In this document: in pieces, positions 38,475 to 51,203 of the stretch
How positions within the stretch are numbered: position 1 is the stretch's first letter
Layout of the letters: each line of letters starts with the position of its first letter
NCBI GenBank assembly: GCA_964016885.1
Contig: OZ024764.1
Span: 24,366,001-24,430,000, forward strand
DNA: 64,000 bases
Source of the DNA: Eledone cirrhosa
Taxonomy: Eukaryota
Direction of reading: 5' to 3'
The notes under the pieces: model-generated
Databases searched by the model: none
The model's input: only the letters and a program-made list of their open reading frames with translations
Told to the model about the DNA's origin: nothing
Program-made: the position numbers and the translations under genes

Positions 38475-38523
38475 GTATGTATGTATACGTACATACATAT
38501 ATGTATACAGACGTACAGTAGCA

Positions 38524-38563
<40 letters not shown>

Positions 38564-38655
38564 TATACATTGTATGTACGTATACATACATACTTACATT
38601 TAAGTAAGTGCCATACTAAGAGTGAGAAATGAAATTTCGTTTTCATTTTTTTCAA

Positions 38656-38712
<57 letters not shown>

Positions 38713-39058
38713 GAGATATTTGTTGGTAATTCAACAAATATAAATGTTTATAACTGATTCAGAGCACTCGACAGATTTTCTGGAGTATAATATTCAATGA
38801 TATTAAATAAATGGAAACTATATTTATAAAACCATATTTATTCTATTATATATATTTCAAGGGTACCATAAATATAAAATATAAGATGTTTTGTAAATAT
38901 TTGACATGACCTTAACGGTTATACACATCATTTGCATACTCATATTAATAATTTTAAATATCTGACTTTTCTTCTCTCTTCCCTTCACTTTCCTGGGATA
39001 ACTTGAACCGTTAAGGTATATCATCCTTGGTCATGTCAAATATTTATAAAACATTTTG

Positions 39059-39120
39059 TATTTTATCTGATGATAGGGTACCAACATTTTTGGTACCCTT
39101 GAAATATATATAATAGAATA
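39059..39120 (+). ncRNA. Minimal hammerhead motif (family A) within fold-back 38795-39148
   Basis: TATTTTAT-CTGATGA-tAGGGTACCAA-cattt-TTGGTACCCTt-GAAA-TATATA-TA-ATAGAATA. Confidence 0.85.
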
Positions 39121-39966
39121 AATATAGTTTCCATTTATTTAATATCATTTTGTGTATATATATTGTATATATATATATAGTGAAAGGGTGAAGAATAACA
39201 TGGTCAACAGTACAAATTATTATTATTATATATATATATTATTGTTTTTACTTTTGGCTCAAGGCCACCCAGTACATTACTGGTACTTTATTTTATTTGA
39301 TCCCGTAAGGATGAAAGGCAAAGTTATCCTCGGCAGGATTTGAACACAGACCGTAAAAGCCATAACTCTTTGCTGCAAAGCATGGCGTCCGACGCTCTAC
39401 GGATTCTGCCAACCACCAAATGTTACTCAATATGATGGTGTAGTTATAATTTGTAAATATGTAGATCTTCACATGGAGTTAATAAATTAATAAACTGTTT
39501 GTGCAAAAGTGTGTCATTCATTAATGTAATGTAGTAAAGTTTCCATTATTGAATCACATATTTTAGGGATTTTTCTGCAATAACATAATGTTTCTCTATT
39601 ATTTCAGAATTCAGATGACATTGGCATTAAAGAATATTTTCACCTTGGATAGATCATCAATATTTATCATCTTTTAAAGACTAAAAGAAGTTGTTATACA
39701 GAACAGATATAACCCTGTATATATAAATCTGGGGTAGAATTACTGAAATATTTCCTCTGACTGAGTTTATTGTCAATATTTCTCTACTTCACTGTCTGGA
39801 ATATGTACAAGATGATTTTGTATTTTAACTAAACTTGGATTAGAAAGAAATTTGCATCATCTTCAGATATCAACAAAGATCACAGTTGATGGAAATATTT
39901 TCTAGGAATAAAATATAAAAACTAAAACAAGAGAAACATCTGTATACTTTATCAAGAGAAGAAACA

Positions 39967-41055
39967 ATGGAAAATAAAGTTTGTGAGAAGAAGATAAAAT
40001 GTGAAACAGAGTCTAAAGAGACCGATGTTCCAGATGAGAAGCTAAAAGATATAAGCAAGGCATTATACAGTTGTGACATCTGTAGTAAGTCGTTCGCTCA
40101 GAAAGGTAATCTTACTACTCACAAACGTATTCATACAGGTGAGAAACCATATCACTGTGATATCTGTAATAAATCATTCTCCCGCAAAGTTAACTTAACT
40201 GAACATAAATACATTCATACAGGAGAGAAGCCATATCAATGTGATATCTGTGGTAAATCATTCTCTGGAAGTAGTCACTTAACTAGGCACAAACACATAC
40301 ATACAGGAGAGAAGCCATACCACTGTAATGTCTGTGATAAATCATTCTCTCAAAAAGGTAACTTAAGTGAACACAAATACATTCATACAGGAGAGAAACC
40401 ATATCGCTGTGATATCTGTGGTAAAGCATTCTCTGGAAGTAGTCTGTTAACTAGACACAAACACATTCATGAAAGACAGATCCCTCATCACTGTGATGTC
40501 TGTGGTAAATCATTCTCTAAAAATAGCCACATAAATAGACACAAACGCATTCATACCGGGGAGAAACCATATCACTGTGAAATGTGTAAAAAATCATTCT
40601 CTGACCGGGGTACCTTAAATAATCACAAATGCTCTCACACAAGAGAAAAACCATACCGCTGTGGTATATGTGGTAAATCTTTCTCTGAACAAGATTCATT
40701 AAATACTCACAAATGCATTCATTCAACTGATAAACCATATCACTGTGAAATGTGCAATAAATCTTTCTCTGACCGGGATTCCTTAAATACTCACAAATGC
40801 ACTCATACATGTGATAAGTCTTATTTCTGTAATATCTGTGGTAAATCTTTCTCTGACCAGGATACCTTAAATACTCACAAATGTGTTCATACAAATGATA
40901 AGCCTTATCACTGTGATATCTGTGATAAAACATTCTCTCAGAATGATGACTTAACAAAACATAAATGTATTCAAGCAGGAGACAAGCCGTATCATTGTGA
41001 TATCTGTGGTAAATCATTCTTTCAAAACACTACACATGTATGTATATATCCATGA
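39967..41055 (+). CDS. Tandem C2H2 zinc-finger protein, 11 fingers plus a truncated 12th (ZF-2)
   Basis: 362-aa ORF; first 43 aa identical to ZF-1; candidate acceptor ttatttcag ending at 39607. Confidence 0.9.
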   Translation: MENKVCEKKIKCETESKETDVPDEKLKDISKALYSCDICSKSFAQKGNLTTHKRIHTGEKPYHCDICNKSFSRKVNLTEHKYIHTGEKPYQCDICGKSFSGSSHLTRHKHIHTGEKPYHCNVCDKSFSQKGNLSEHKYIHTGEKPYRCDICGKAFSGSSLLTRHKHIHERQIPHHCDVCGKSFSKNSHINRHKRIHTGEKPYHCEMCKKSFSDRGTLNNHKCSHTREKPYRCGICGKSFSEQDSLNTHKCIHSTDKPYHCEMCNKSFSDRDSLNTHKCTHTCDKSYFCNICGKSFSDQDTLNTHKCVHTNDKPYHCDICDKTFSQNDDLTKHKCIQAGDKPYHCDICGKSFFQNTTHVCIYP

Positions 41056-41788
41056 AAATAACTAAGAAAGTCAACAGTCATTGTATGAAAGAGATATCCT
41101 GTGTAAATAATGCTGTATTTACACTGTATAGAAGATATGCCAATGCGTGATAACAACCCCCCAACTATATAAACAGTTACTGTGACTTTGTTTTGATATT
41201 CTTAAGAAAAATAATTCTTTCAAATTGCTCATAGATCTACATGAAAAACACCCAGTACATGTGGTAAAGTGGTTGGTAAAAGGAAGGGCATCCAGCTATA
41301 GAGTACTTCCCAATCAAATGATTGGGATGACTCTCCAGCCATGTGAAGGACATGACGCCCTCCCCAGTGTTGGTGATCTACACAATAAACACACCCAGTA
41401 CATGCTGTAAAGTGTTTGGTGATAGCATGCTTCCCAAACAAAGGGTTGAGAGGACCCTCCAGCCATGTCAACGACATGACAACTTCTCCTGTGCACTCTG
41501 TAGAACATGAGACCATACGTGAGATAACCGACCCCTCGACCTGTCTGGCAGATCAGTAGCCCTGCTTCAGTACTGACTTGGTCTATATAGACTCCTCCAA
41601 CCCTTGCTAGCAGGGAAAGTGGACATTAAAACAATGATGATGTTATTCCATCTACCATGTTTCTATAAAAAAGTAAAGATATAGAATTATTTTGACATTG
41701 AGGGTAAATAGCTAAAAAAAAAAAAATGTCTTCTCAAAAAGCAGCGTTCACGTCGCTATGGTGATTATGTTTGAAATAAATACATAAA

Positions 41789-42175
41789 CTATAAAATCAT
41801 CATCATCCAGTTTTTCACTATGTAGGACACAATCCTTAGTAGGGGTACGTCCTGCCTGATAGCGCTTCTTAGTGTCCCACGCCATGTGTTTCTATCTACT
41901 GGTCTCACTTGGGCCAGGCCGAGCCTAGCTTGATCCTGACGGACATCCTCCATCCAAGTCCTGTTTGGTCTTCCTGGGTCTCTGCTGCCTCCTGGATCGA
42001 CATTTATCACTTTGCTGATCCAGCCCTCACTGCGCACAACATGGCCATACCAGTGCATGTGTCTCCTGTGAAACACATCCTTGAGGTTGTTGATCAGCAG
42101 TTTTTTTAGGGGCTCAGTTGACCTGACATCATCCTCAATGGTCACACTACACATCCAGTGGATCATATAATTCAA
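41789..42175 (-). mobile_element. RTE-like LINE C-terminal fragment
   Basis: MIHWMC..HWYGHVVR..GRPNRTWMEDVRQD; ATG-repeat tail. Confidence 0.75.
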
Positions 42176-42569
42176 TATATCATGTATTATACATGTTCTT
42201 GATTGTATATCTTATGTATAATTCTGTTGCATGTTTCCCACCATGGGAATAATTCTGTCTTATATAGTTCTATCATTTCTTATTCATGAACCCTTCACTT
42301 GATAGTTAAACTGATTATCAATTTTAAAAGTGTCAATGTAATCTTAACCATTTAACTTGATATCAGTGTGATACCATGTGATATTGTGTGATACCATGTG
42401 ATATCATACTTGAGTTATCCTCATTCACTTCATCCAACTTCCATTGTCCATTCTCAATGTTGCTATATTCCAAAGTCCTCATCCTGAAGTCAACCTCATC
42501 ATTCTCTGTAAATATTCTTAATAAAATAAAATTAAATGTAAATATTTTCCTTCTGAAATTATTTTCCTT

Positions 42570-43202
42570 CTTCTTTGCCCACTTATTCCTGAGAGGGTCA
42601 AGGGGTCAGAGTCCTCAAACACTTCTTCCAGCAGGTCCTGTCAGAGGCAACCGTCTACAATTAACCCGGCTGGAACTCCAAGCCTGACCAGCCAAGTTCA
42701 TGTATGTTATCCAACCATCTTGTTCAGGGTCTATTGCTGGTTGGGTTTGCCCATAAAATCTGTCCAGCCATTCTTTTCTCAGTCATTCTAACTGCATGCC
42801 CAGAGTATCAGAGCTGTGATCTCTCAATTCAGAGCAATAGCAGCTCCACCTGGAGTGACTCTCATCTCCGAACTTCGCATTTTATTGAGTTACTCCAACA
42901 AAGACCCTTCGGAGGGATCCCATTTGGCCGCTTGTATTCGCAATCGTGTCTTTCGATCATTACCCAAGATTCATGACCATAGTTAAGGGTTGGCATTAAT
43001 ACTGAATTGAAGATAGCGAGTTTGGCTTTTACGCTTACCTCCCTTCTTCTGATTACTGAATGCTGCACCAGCTTTTGTAATTCTTGCACTCACTTCACCC
43101 CTGTCTTCCATCACTCTTGAACACAGCCCCGAGATGCTTGAACTCCATTCACATGTAGAGTGCACTGCGCAGGCTTCCTTGAGAGGACGAGTGTCTCAGT
43201 TT
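42570..43202 (-). mobile_element. RTE-like LINE 3' fragment (unexpanded source of the 51-bp satellite)
   Basis: SVIRRREVSVKAKLAIFNSVLMPTLNYGHESWVM. Confidence 0.8.
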
Positions 43203-43754
43203 TCACATATTTTATATATAGAACATCTAAACAACTTCTGTATTGACACGGTTTTATGGTATAGAGGTTACAAATTAGATTTATTTATTTTCTCTAAAAT
43301 ACCTTTCACAAACTGCAGATCTTAATGAAGGCAACCCATCTAAGAGAGCAGTATCTCTGAATAAATAAGACTGCACAGCTTAGACATGTTCTCTGAAAGC
43401 CACAGGGAAGGCAACCTGTTTTAGAGAGCAGTCACTCTGAATTAACCCATTAGTATTTAGATAGTCAATATTTACTATATTTTCATTGTAAAGGTTTTAC
43501 CTCGCGTAATATCAAATCTATGAGATTTTGATATTATTTATTTTGAGAACATCAGTATGAGTGGCCAGGAATCAAACCCATGACATTATTTATGATCGTA
43601 GCTTCAACACCCTTACCACTAGGCCACATGCTTTCACTATCAATAAGGTGTAGCTTGGAGATGATAAAGGCAATCAAGGTAGAACTGCTACACCTCAAGC
43701 ATCAAACGAACATTATTCTCTGAAATTTCCTTATATTCTGAAGAAGGGAATTTA

Positions 43755-46625
43755 AACCCTTTACTCTATATATACTATTGTATTGTCACAGTAAAGGCTT
43801 TACCTCACATAATATCTCACATAACATTTACATTACTCTATATATACTATTGTATTTTCACAGTAAAGGCTTTACCTCACATAATATCTCACATAACATT
43901 TACATTACTCTATATATACTATTGTATTTTCACAGTAAAGGCTTTACCTCACATAATATCTCACATAACATTTACATTACTCTATATATACTATTGTATT
44001 GTCACAGTAAAGGCTTTACCTCACATAATATCTCACATAATATCTCCATTACTCTATATATACTATTGTATTGTCACAGTAAAGGCTTTACCTCACATAA
44101 CATTTACATTACTCTATATATACTATTGTATTGTCACAGTAAAGGCTTTACCTCACATAATATCTCACATAATATCTCCATTACTCTATATATACTATTG
44201 TATTGTCACAGTAAAGGCTTTACCTCACATAATATCTCACATAACATTTACATTACTCTATATATGCTATTGTATTGTCACAGTAAAGGCTTTACCTCAC
44301 ATAATATCTCACATAATATCTCCATTACTCTATATATACTATTGTATTGTCACAGTAAAGGCTTTACCTCACATAATATCTCACATAACATTTACATTAC
44401 TCTATATATACTATTGTATTGTCACAGTAAAGGCTTTACCTCACATAATATCTCACATAATATCTCCATTACTCTATATATACTATTGTATTGTCACAGT
44501 AAAGGCTTTACCTCACATAATATCTCACATAACATTTACATTACTCTATATATACTATTGTATTGTCACAGTAAAGGCTTTACCTCACATAATATCTCCA
44601 TTACTCTATATATACTATTGTATTGTCACAGTAAAGGCTTTACCTCACATAATATCTCACATAACATTTACATTACTCTATATATACTATTGTATTGTCA
44701 CAGTAAAGGCTTTACCTCACATAATACCTCACATAACATTTACATTACTCTATATATACTATTGTATTGTCACAGTAAAGGCTTTACCTCACATAATATC
44801 TCACATAACATTTACATTACTCTATATATACTATTGTATTGTCACAGTAAAGGCTTTACCTCACATAATATCTCACATAACATTTACATTACTCTATATA
44901 TACTATTGTATTGTCACAGTAAAGGCTTTACCTCACATCATATCTCACATAACATTTACATTACTCTATATATACTATTGTATTTTCACAGTAAAGGCTT
45001 TACCTCACATAATATCTCACATAACATTTACATTACTCTATATATACTATTGTATTTTCACAGTAAAGGCTTTACCTCACATAATATCTCACATAACATG
45101 TACATTACTCTATATATACTATTGTATTTTCACAGTATAGGCTTTACCTCACATAATATCTCACATAACATTTACATTACTCTATATACACTATTGTATT
45201 TTCACAGTAAAGGCTTTACCTCACATAATATCTCACATAACATTTACATTACTCTATATATACTATTGTATTTTCACAGTAAAGGCTTTACCTCACATAA
45301 TACCTCACATAACATTTACATTACTCTATATATACTATTGTATTGTCACAGTAAAGACTTTACCTCACATAATATCTCACATAACATTTACATTACTCTA
45401 TATGTACTATTGTATTGTCACAGTAAAGTCTTTACCTCACATAATATCTCACATAACATTTACATTACTCTATATATACTATTGTATTGTCACAGTAAAG
45501 GCTTTACCTCACATAACATTTACATTACTCTATATATACTATTGTATTGTCACAGTAAAGTCTTTACCTCACATAATATCTCACATAACATTTACATTAC
45601 TCTATATATACTATTGTATTGTCACAGTAAAGGCTTTACCTCACATAATATCTCACATAACATTTACATTACTCTATATATACTATTGTATTGTCACAGT
45701 AAAGACTTTACCTCACATAATATCTCACATAACATTTACATTACTCTATATGTACTATTGTATTGTCACAGTAAAGTCTTTACCTCACATAATATCTCAC
45801 ATAACATTTACATTACTCTATATATACTATTGTATTGTCACAGTAAAGGCTTTACCTCACATAATATCTCACATAACATTTACATTACTCTATATATACT
45901 ATTGTATTGTCACAGTAAAGACTTTACCTCACATAATATCTCACATAACATTTACATTACTCTATATGTACTATTGTATTGTCACAGTAAAGTCTTTACC
46001 TCACATAATATCTCACATAACATTTACATTACTCTATATATACTATTGTATTTTCACAGTAAAGGCTTTACCTCAGATAATATCTCACATAACATTTACA
46101 TTACTCTATATATACTATTGTATTTTCACAGTAAAGGCTTTACCTCACATAATATCTCACATAACATTTACATTACTCTATATATACTATTGTATTGTCA
46201 CAGTAAAGGCTTTACCTCACATAATATCTCACATAACATTTACATTACTCTATATATACTATTGTATTGTCACAGTAAAGGCTTTACCTCACATAATATC
46301 TCACATAACATTTACATTACTCTATATATACTATTGTATTGTCACAGTAAAGGCTTTACCTCACATAATATCTCACATAACATTTACATTACTCTATATA
46401 TACTATTGTATTGTCACAGTAAAGGCTTTACCTCACATAATATCTCACATAACATTTACATTACTCTATATATACTATAGTATTTTCACAGTAAAGGCTT
46501 TACCTCACATAATATCTCACATAACATTTACATTACTCTATATATACTATTGTATTTTCACAGTAAAGCCTTTACTGTGACAATACAATAGTATATATAG
46601 AGTAATGTAAATGGTAAATGGTTAA
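43755..46625. repeat. 72-bp minisatellite (about 39 copies, some 60-bp variants) derived from a piggyBac-type MITE end
   Basis: Unit ttactctatatatactattgtatt(g/t)tcacagtaaaggctttacctcacataatatctcacataacatttaca; closes with an inverted copy ending in TTAA. Confidence 0.95.
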
Positions 46626-46789
46626 ATATAGATTTAGAAGAGCTCTATGGTATGTATATGATGAGAGGAGATATGAGTTAGATATAATGTAGAGGGAAGT
46701 TGGAGGTTTCTATAAGACAACCTACTACTGACGTGACTTGTGGCTGGGACATAGCACCAGGCAGAGAGTGATCTGATGGCGGAACTGTA

Positions 46790-48817
46790 CTGTGGGGAGA
46801 CCAGGAGGCTTGTCAGGCTGGTGCTTATCCTGGTTTCATGGTGTGAAGCGAGTGAGAGTAAGAGACTCTCCCCCGGATAGGACACCAGTCCTTTGCAAGG
46901 TTTAACCCGCAGTTATTGCTGGTACTCATTTTCAGCTGAGACTACCGGAGCAACGGGAAATGAAGTGTTTTACTGAAGAACACAACACAACCTAGGAGTT
47001 GAACCCACAACATTATGATAGTAACCCCAACCCCCTTACCACTAGACCCCACACCTCCACACAACACACAACCCAGGAGTTGAACCCACAACATTATGAT
47101 AGTAACCCCAACACCCTTACCACTAGACCCCACACCTCCACACAACCTAGGAGTTGAACCCACAACATTATGATAGTAACCCCAACCCCCTTACCACTAG
47201 ACCCCACACCTCCACAACACACAACCTAGGAGTTGAACCCACAACATTATGATAGTAACCCCAACACCCTTACCACTAGACCCCACACCTCCACACAACA
47301 CAACCTAGGAGTTGAACCCACAACATTATGATAGTAACCCCAACCCCCTTACCACTAGACCCCACACCTCCACAACACACAACCTAGGAGTTGAACCCAC
47401 AACATTATGATAGTAACCCCAACACCCTTACCACTAGACCCCACACCTCCACACAACACAACCTAGGAGTTGAACCCACAACATTATGATAGTAACCCCA
47501 ACCCCCTTACCACTAGACCCCACACCTCCACACAACACACAACCTAGGAGTTGAACCCACAACATTATGATAGTAACCCCAACCCCCTTACCACTAGACC
47601 CCACACCTCCACACAACACAACCTAGGAGTTGAACCCACAACATTATCATAGTAACCCCAACCCCCTTACCACTAGACCCCACACCTCCACACAACACAC
47701 AACCTAGGAGTTGAACCCACAACATTATGATAGTAACCCCAACCCCCTTACCACTAGACCCCACACCTCCACACAACACACAACCTAGGAGTTGAACCCA
47801 CCACATTATGATAGTAACCCCAACACCCTTACCACTAGACCCCACACCTCCACACAACACACAACCTAGGAGTTGAACCCACAACATTATGATAGTAACC
47901 CCAACACCCTTACCACTAGACCCCACACCTCCACACAACACAACCTAGGAGTTGAACCCACAACATTATGATAGTAACCCCAACACCCTTACCACTAGAC
48001 CCCACACCTCCACACAACACACAACCTAGGAGTTGAACCCACAACATTATGATAGTAACCCCAACACCCTTACCACTAGACCACACACCTCCACACAACA
48101 CAACCTAGGAGTTGAACCCACAACATTATGATAGTAACCCCCAACCCCCTTACCACTAGACCCCACACCTCCACACAACACAACCTAGGAGTTGAACCCA
48201 CAACATTATGATAGTAACCCCAACACCTTTACCACTAGACCCCACACCTCCACACAACACACAACCTAGGAGTTGAACCCACAACATTATGATAGTAACC
48301 CCAACCCCCTTACCACTAGACCCCACACCTCCACACAACACACAACCTAGGAGTTGAACCCACAACATTATGATAGTAACCCCAACACTCTTACCACTAG
48401 ACCCCACACCTCCACACAACACCCAACCTAGGAGTTGAACCCACAACATTATGATAGTAACCCCAACACTCTTACCACTAGACCCCACACCTCCACACAA
48501 CACAACCTAGGAGTTGAACCCACAACATTATGATAGTAACCCCAACCCCCTTACCACTAGACCCCACACCTCCACACAACACACAACCTAGGAGTTGAAC
48601 CCACAACATTATGATAGTAACCCCAACACTCTTACCACTAGACCCCACACCTCCACACAACACAACCCAGGAGTTGAACCCACAACATTATGATAGCAAC
48701 CCCAACACCTTTACCACTAGACCCCACACCTCCACACAACACACAACCTAGGAGTTGAACCCACAACATTATGATAGCAACCCCAACACCCTTACCACTG
48801 GGCCCCACACCTCCACA
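46790..48817 (-). mobile_element. tRNA-derived SINE whose 5' head is amplified as an 80/82-bp tandem array (about 23 copies, 46975-48817)
   Basis: Reverse-complement unit ggaggtgtggggtctagtggtaagggtgttgg..gtgggttcaactcctaggttgtgttgtgt; SINE body follows at 46790-46975. Confidence 0.9.
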
Positions 48818-49122
48818 TGAACTGTGGATAGGGCTCTAACAGAAAAGACAAAGACTGGAAAAATGGGGGCAATAAAACCAGTATAGGTAGCTGAAAGAGG
48901 AGTCAGCCCTTAGTCCACAAAGAAGCTTAAAGAGGTTTTCCTGTGTCTCGTAACATGAGGTGTTCTTCATTACAAAGCAGTGTGTCAGTGGGAACCAGGA
49001 TAATGTAATGGTGAAGTCAGTTCAAAATGACGTACAGAAAGACTGACCATCGCAGTTCTTCATTTTAGATTGAGTTGCATCTCGGAGGAGGATTCTCAGG
49101 GGTTAATGACAGGATTAGGATT

Positions 49123-49165
49123 GTCAAAGCTCTTTCATCACACATTCTGTGACCTCCTCAGTGAC
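49123..49165 (-). ncRNA. Minimal hammerhead motif (family C), left arm of fold-back 49120-49388
   Basis: GTCA-CTGAGGA-gGTCACA-gaatg-TGTGAT-GAAA-GAGC-TT-TGAC. Confidence 0.6.
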
Positions 49166-49342
49166 TAGGTGTTTATTTTGTCAGTCTCTCCATAGTTCTA
49201 TCCTACACCTTGTTTTTGTGTGTTGTGTGCTTTGTTTGCGCATGCGTTACATCCGTGTGTGTGTGTGTGTTTTATTGCACAACACACAAAAACAATTTGG
49301 TGTAAGATAGAACAAAGGAGAGACACAAAAAATATAAACCTA

Positions 49343-49385
49343 GTCACTGAGGAGGTCACAGAATGTGTGATGAAAGAGCTTTGAC
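49343..49385 (+). ncRNA. Minimal hammerhead motif (family C), right arm
   Basis: Same motif inverted; only a 4-bp stem I. Confidence 0.6.
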
Positions 49386-49516
49386 AATACATAAACATCC
49401 TTCCGGTTATCGAACTAACCAGCCAACTGGAAATTTCTAATAAATTGAAGTGAAAAACCAACAGGTGGGTGTATTTATTGGCAACATGACCCTCCCAAAG
49501 TATAACAATATTTATA

Positions 49517-49606
<90 letters not shown>

Positions 49607-50305
49607 CATACGTGAACGGCAAAGCATAAACGAACTAAGGAAAAAATTAGAGATAAGAGGGATCAGATGTTGTTTACTCGAGAGAAGGCTACGTTGGTAT
49701 GGACATGTGATGCGCATGAAAGTCGATAGCTGTATAACAAAGTGCAGGGCAATAAAGATAGACGGTAGTCACGGAATAGGCAGACCTAGAAAAACCTGGG
49801 ACGAGCTGATAAACTCCGACATCACACACTTACACCTCTCCAAGACAATGTCACTGGACCGAGACCTTTGGCGGTACTCAGTAACAGAGAAGACCCGCCT
49901 TACCTAAATATATAGTAAAACCTACTCCAGCCAGTAGGCATCTCTAACAAAATACACCCCGTCCCACCACCACCACCCCCACCCGATCCACACCACCCCG
50001 TTCTATGTAAAGTTATGTTGGTGCCGCGCCATCGAGGCCGAAACAAATGAGATCGTGTAGGTGTCACGACAAAAAAACACACAGTCCACGCTGTAATGTG
50101 GCCGTGTAGGCAACACGGTAAAAACCTCCCAGACCCACACTGTAAATGTGGTTGGTGTTAGGAAGGGCATCCAACTGTAGAAAACCTGCCAGACAGTCCT
50201 ATGCGAGCAAGACAATCACTCTTGCCTCAAGTGGGACTACCCCCGTCCAAACCCATGCAAGCGTGGAACACGGACGTTAAACGTTGATGATGATGATGAT
50301 GATGA
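49607..50305 (+). mobile_element. RTE LINE 3' fragment
   Basis: Near-identical to 12315-12848; (GAT)n tail. Confidence 0.9.
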
Positions 50306-50571
50306 TACATACATATTTTTTTTTTTTCATTTAGTCCAGAATTAGCCGTCGAAACGGCTTGAGCTCAGCCGTCGGGGTCCTACTCGTTGCTATTACCCAC
50401 TCTACTACCCTAAGTATTGAGTACTTTGGTGCATTATGGTCCACTTGGTTCCTTACCACATTTCCTTCGTTATATATATACATTTTTTTCTCAGTTTCAG
50501 AAGATCTCGTTAAAGGTGAAAACAGCGATTCTTTACTTTAATCTGTACTAATAATAAATATTTGCTCTAAG

Positions 50572-50613
<42 letters not shown>

Positions 50614-50906
50614 ATTATATATTATATCACCCTCGCAGCGATGGTGGGTAGAAATCGGTGCACACGGATCGGCGAAGCTGCAGTTGGGACGTTGAAGAAA
50701 AAATAGGTATATTTTTGTCTATCATTTCCTCTTATTTTTAATTTTATATTGTTTATATATATATATATGTATATATACATGTAGGAGGTGAGTTTTATTG
50801 TAATACAATAAAGCAATGCAGATATCGGATAAGAAGCACTCTACAGTTTGTAGGACTGGAGTATACATAATATATAAGAACAAAAGATGGTTAAAGGAGT
50901 TCCATG

Positions 50907-50977
50907 TATTTTATTATGCGCATTTCAAAAACAAATATCATCATGCAATAACATTTGTGTTTTCATCAGATAAAATA
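50907..50977 (-). ncRNA. Minimal hammerhead motif (family B), left arm of fold-back 50862-51172
   Basis: Reverse complement of 51065-51135. Confidence 0.8.
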
Positions 50978-51064
50978 GGAAGACATGATATGAAGGTTAA
51001 AAACACTTGTGGATAGAAAACTGCACTATCCACAAGTGTTTTTAACCTTTATATCATGTCTTCC

Positions 51065-51135
51065 TATTTTATCTGATGAAAACACAAATGTTATTGCATG
51101 ATGATATTTGTTTTTGAAATGCGCATAATAAAATA
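51065..51135 (+). ncRNA. Minimal hammerhead motif (family B), right arm
   Basis: TATTTTAT-CTGATGA-aaacacaaatgt..atatttgtttt-GAAA-TGCGCA-TA-ATAAAATA. Confidence 0.8.
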
Positions 51136-51203
51136 CATTTAACCATCTTTTAATCTTATATATTATGTATATATACATATATATATAAGTATGTATATAT
51201 ATA

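Noticed and set aside
43778-46580. 900-aa His/Cys-rich ORF that could mimic a metal-binding repeat protein
   Set aside because: 72-bp MITE-derived satellite, non-ATG start, no C2H2 spacing
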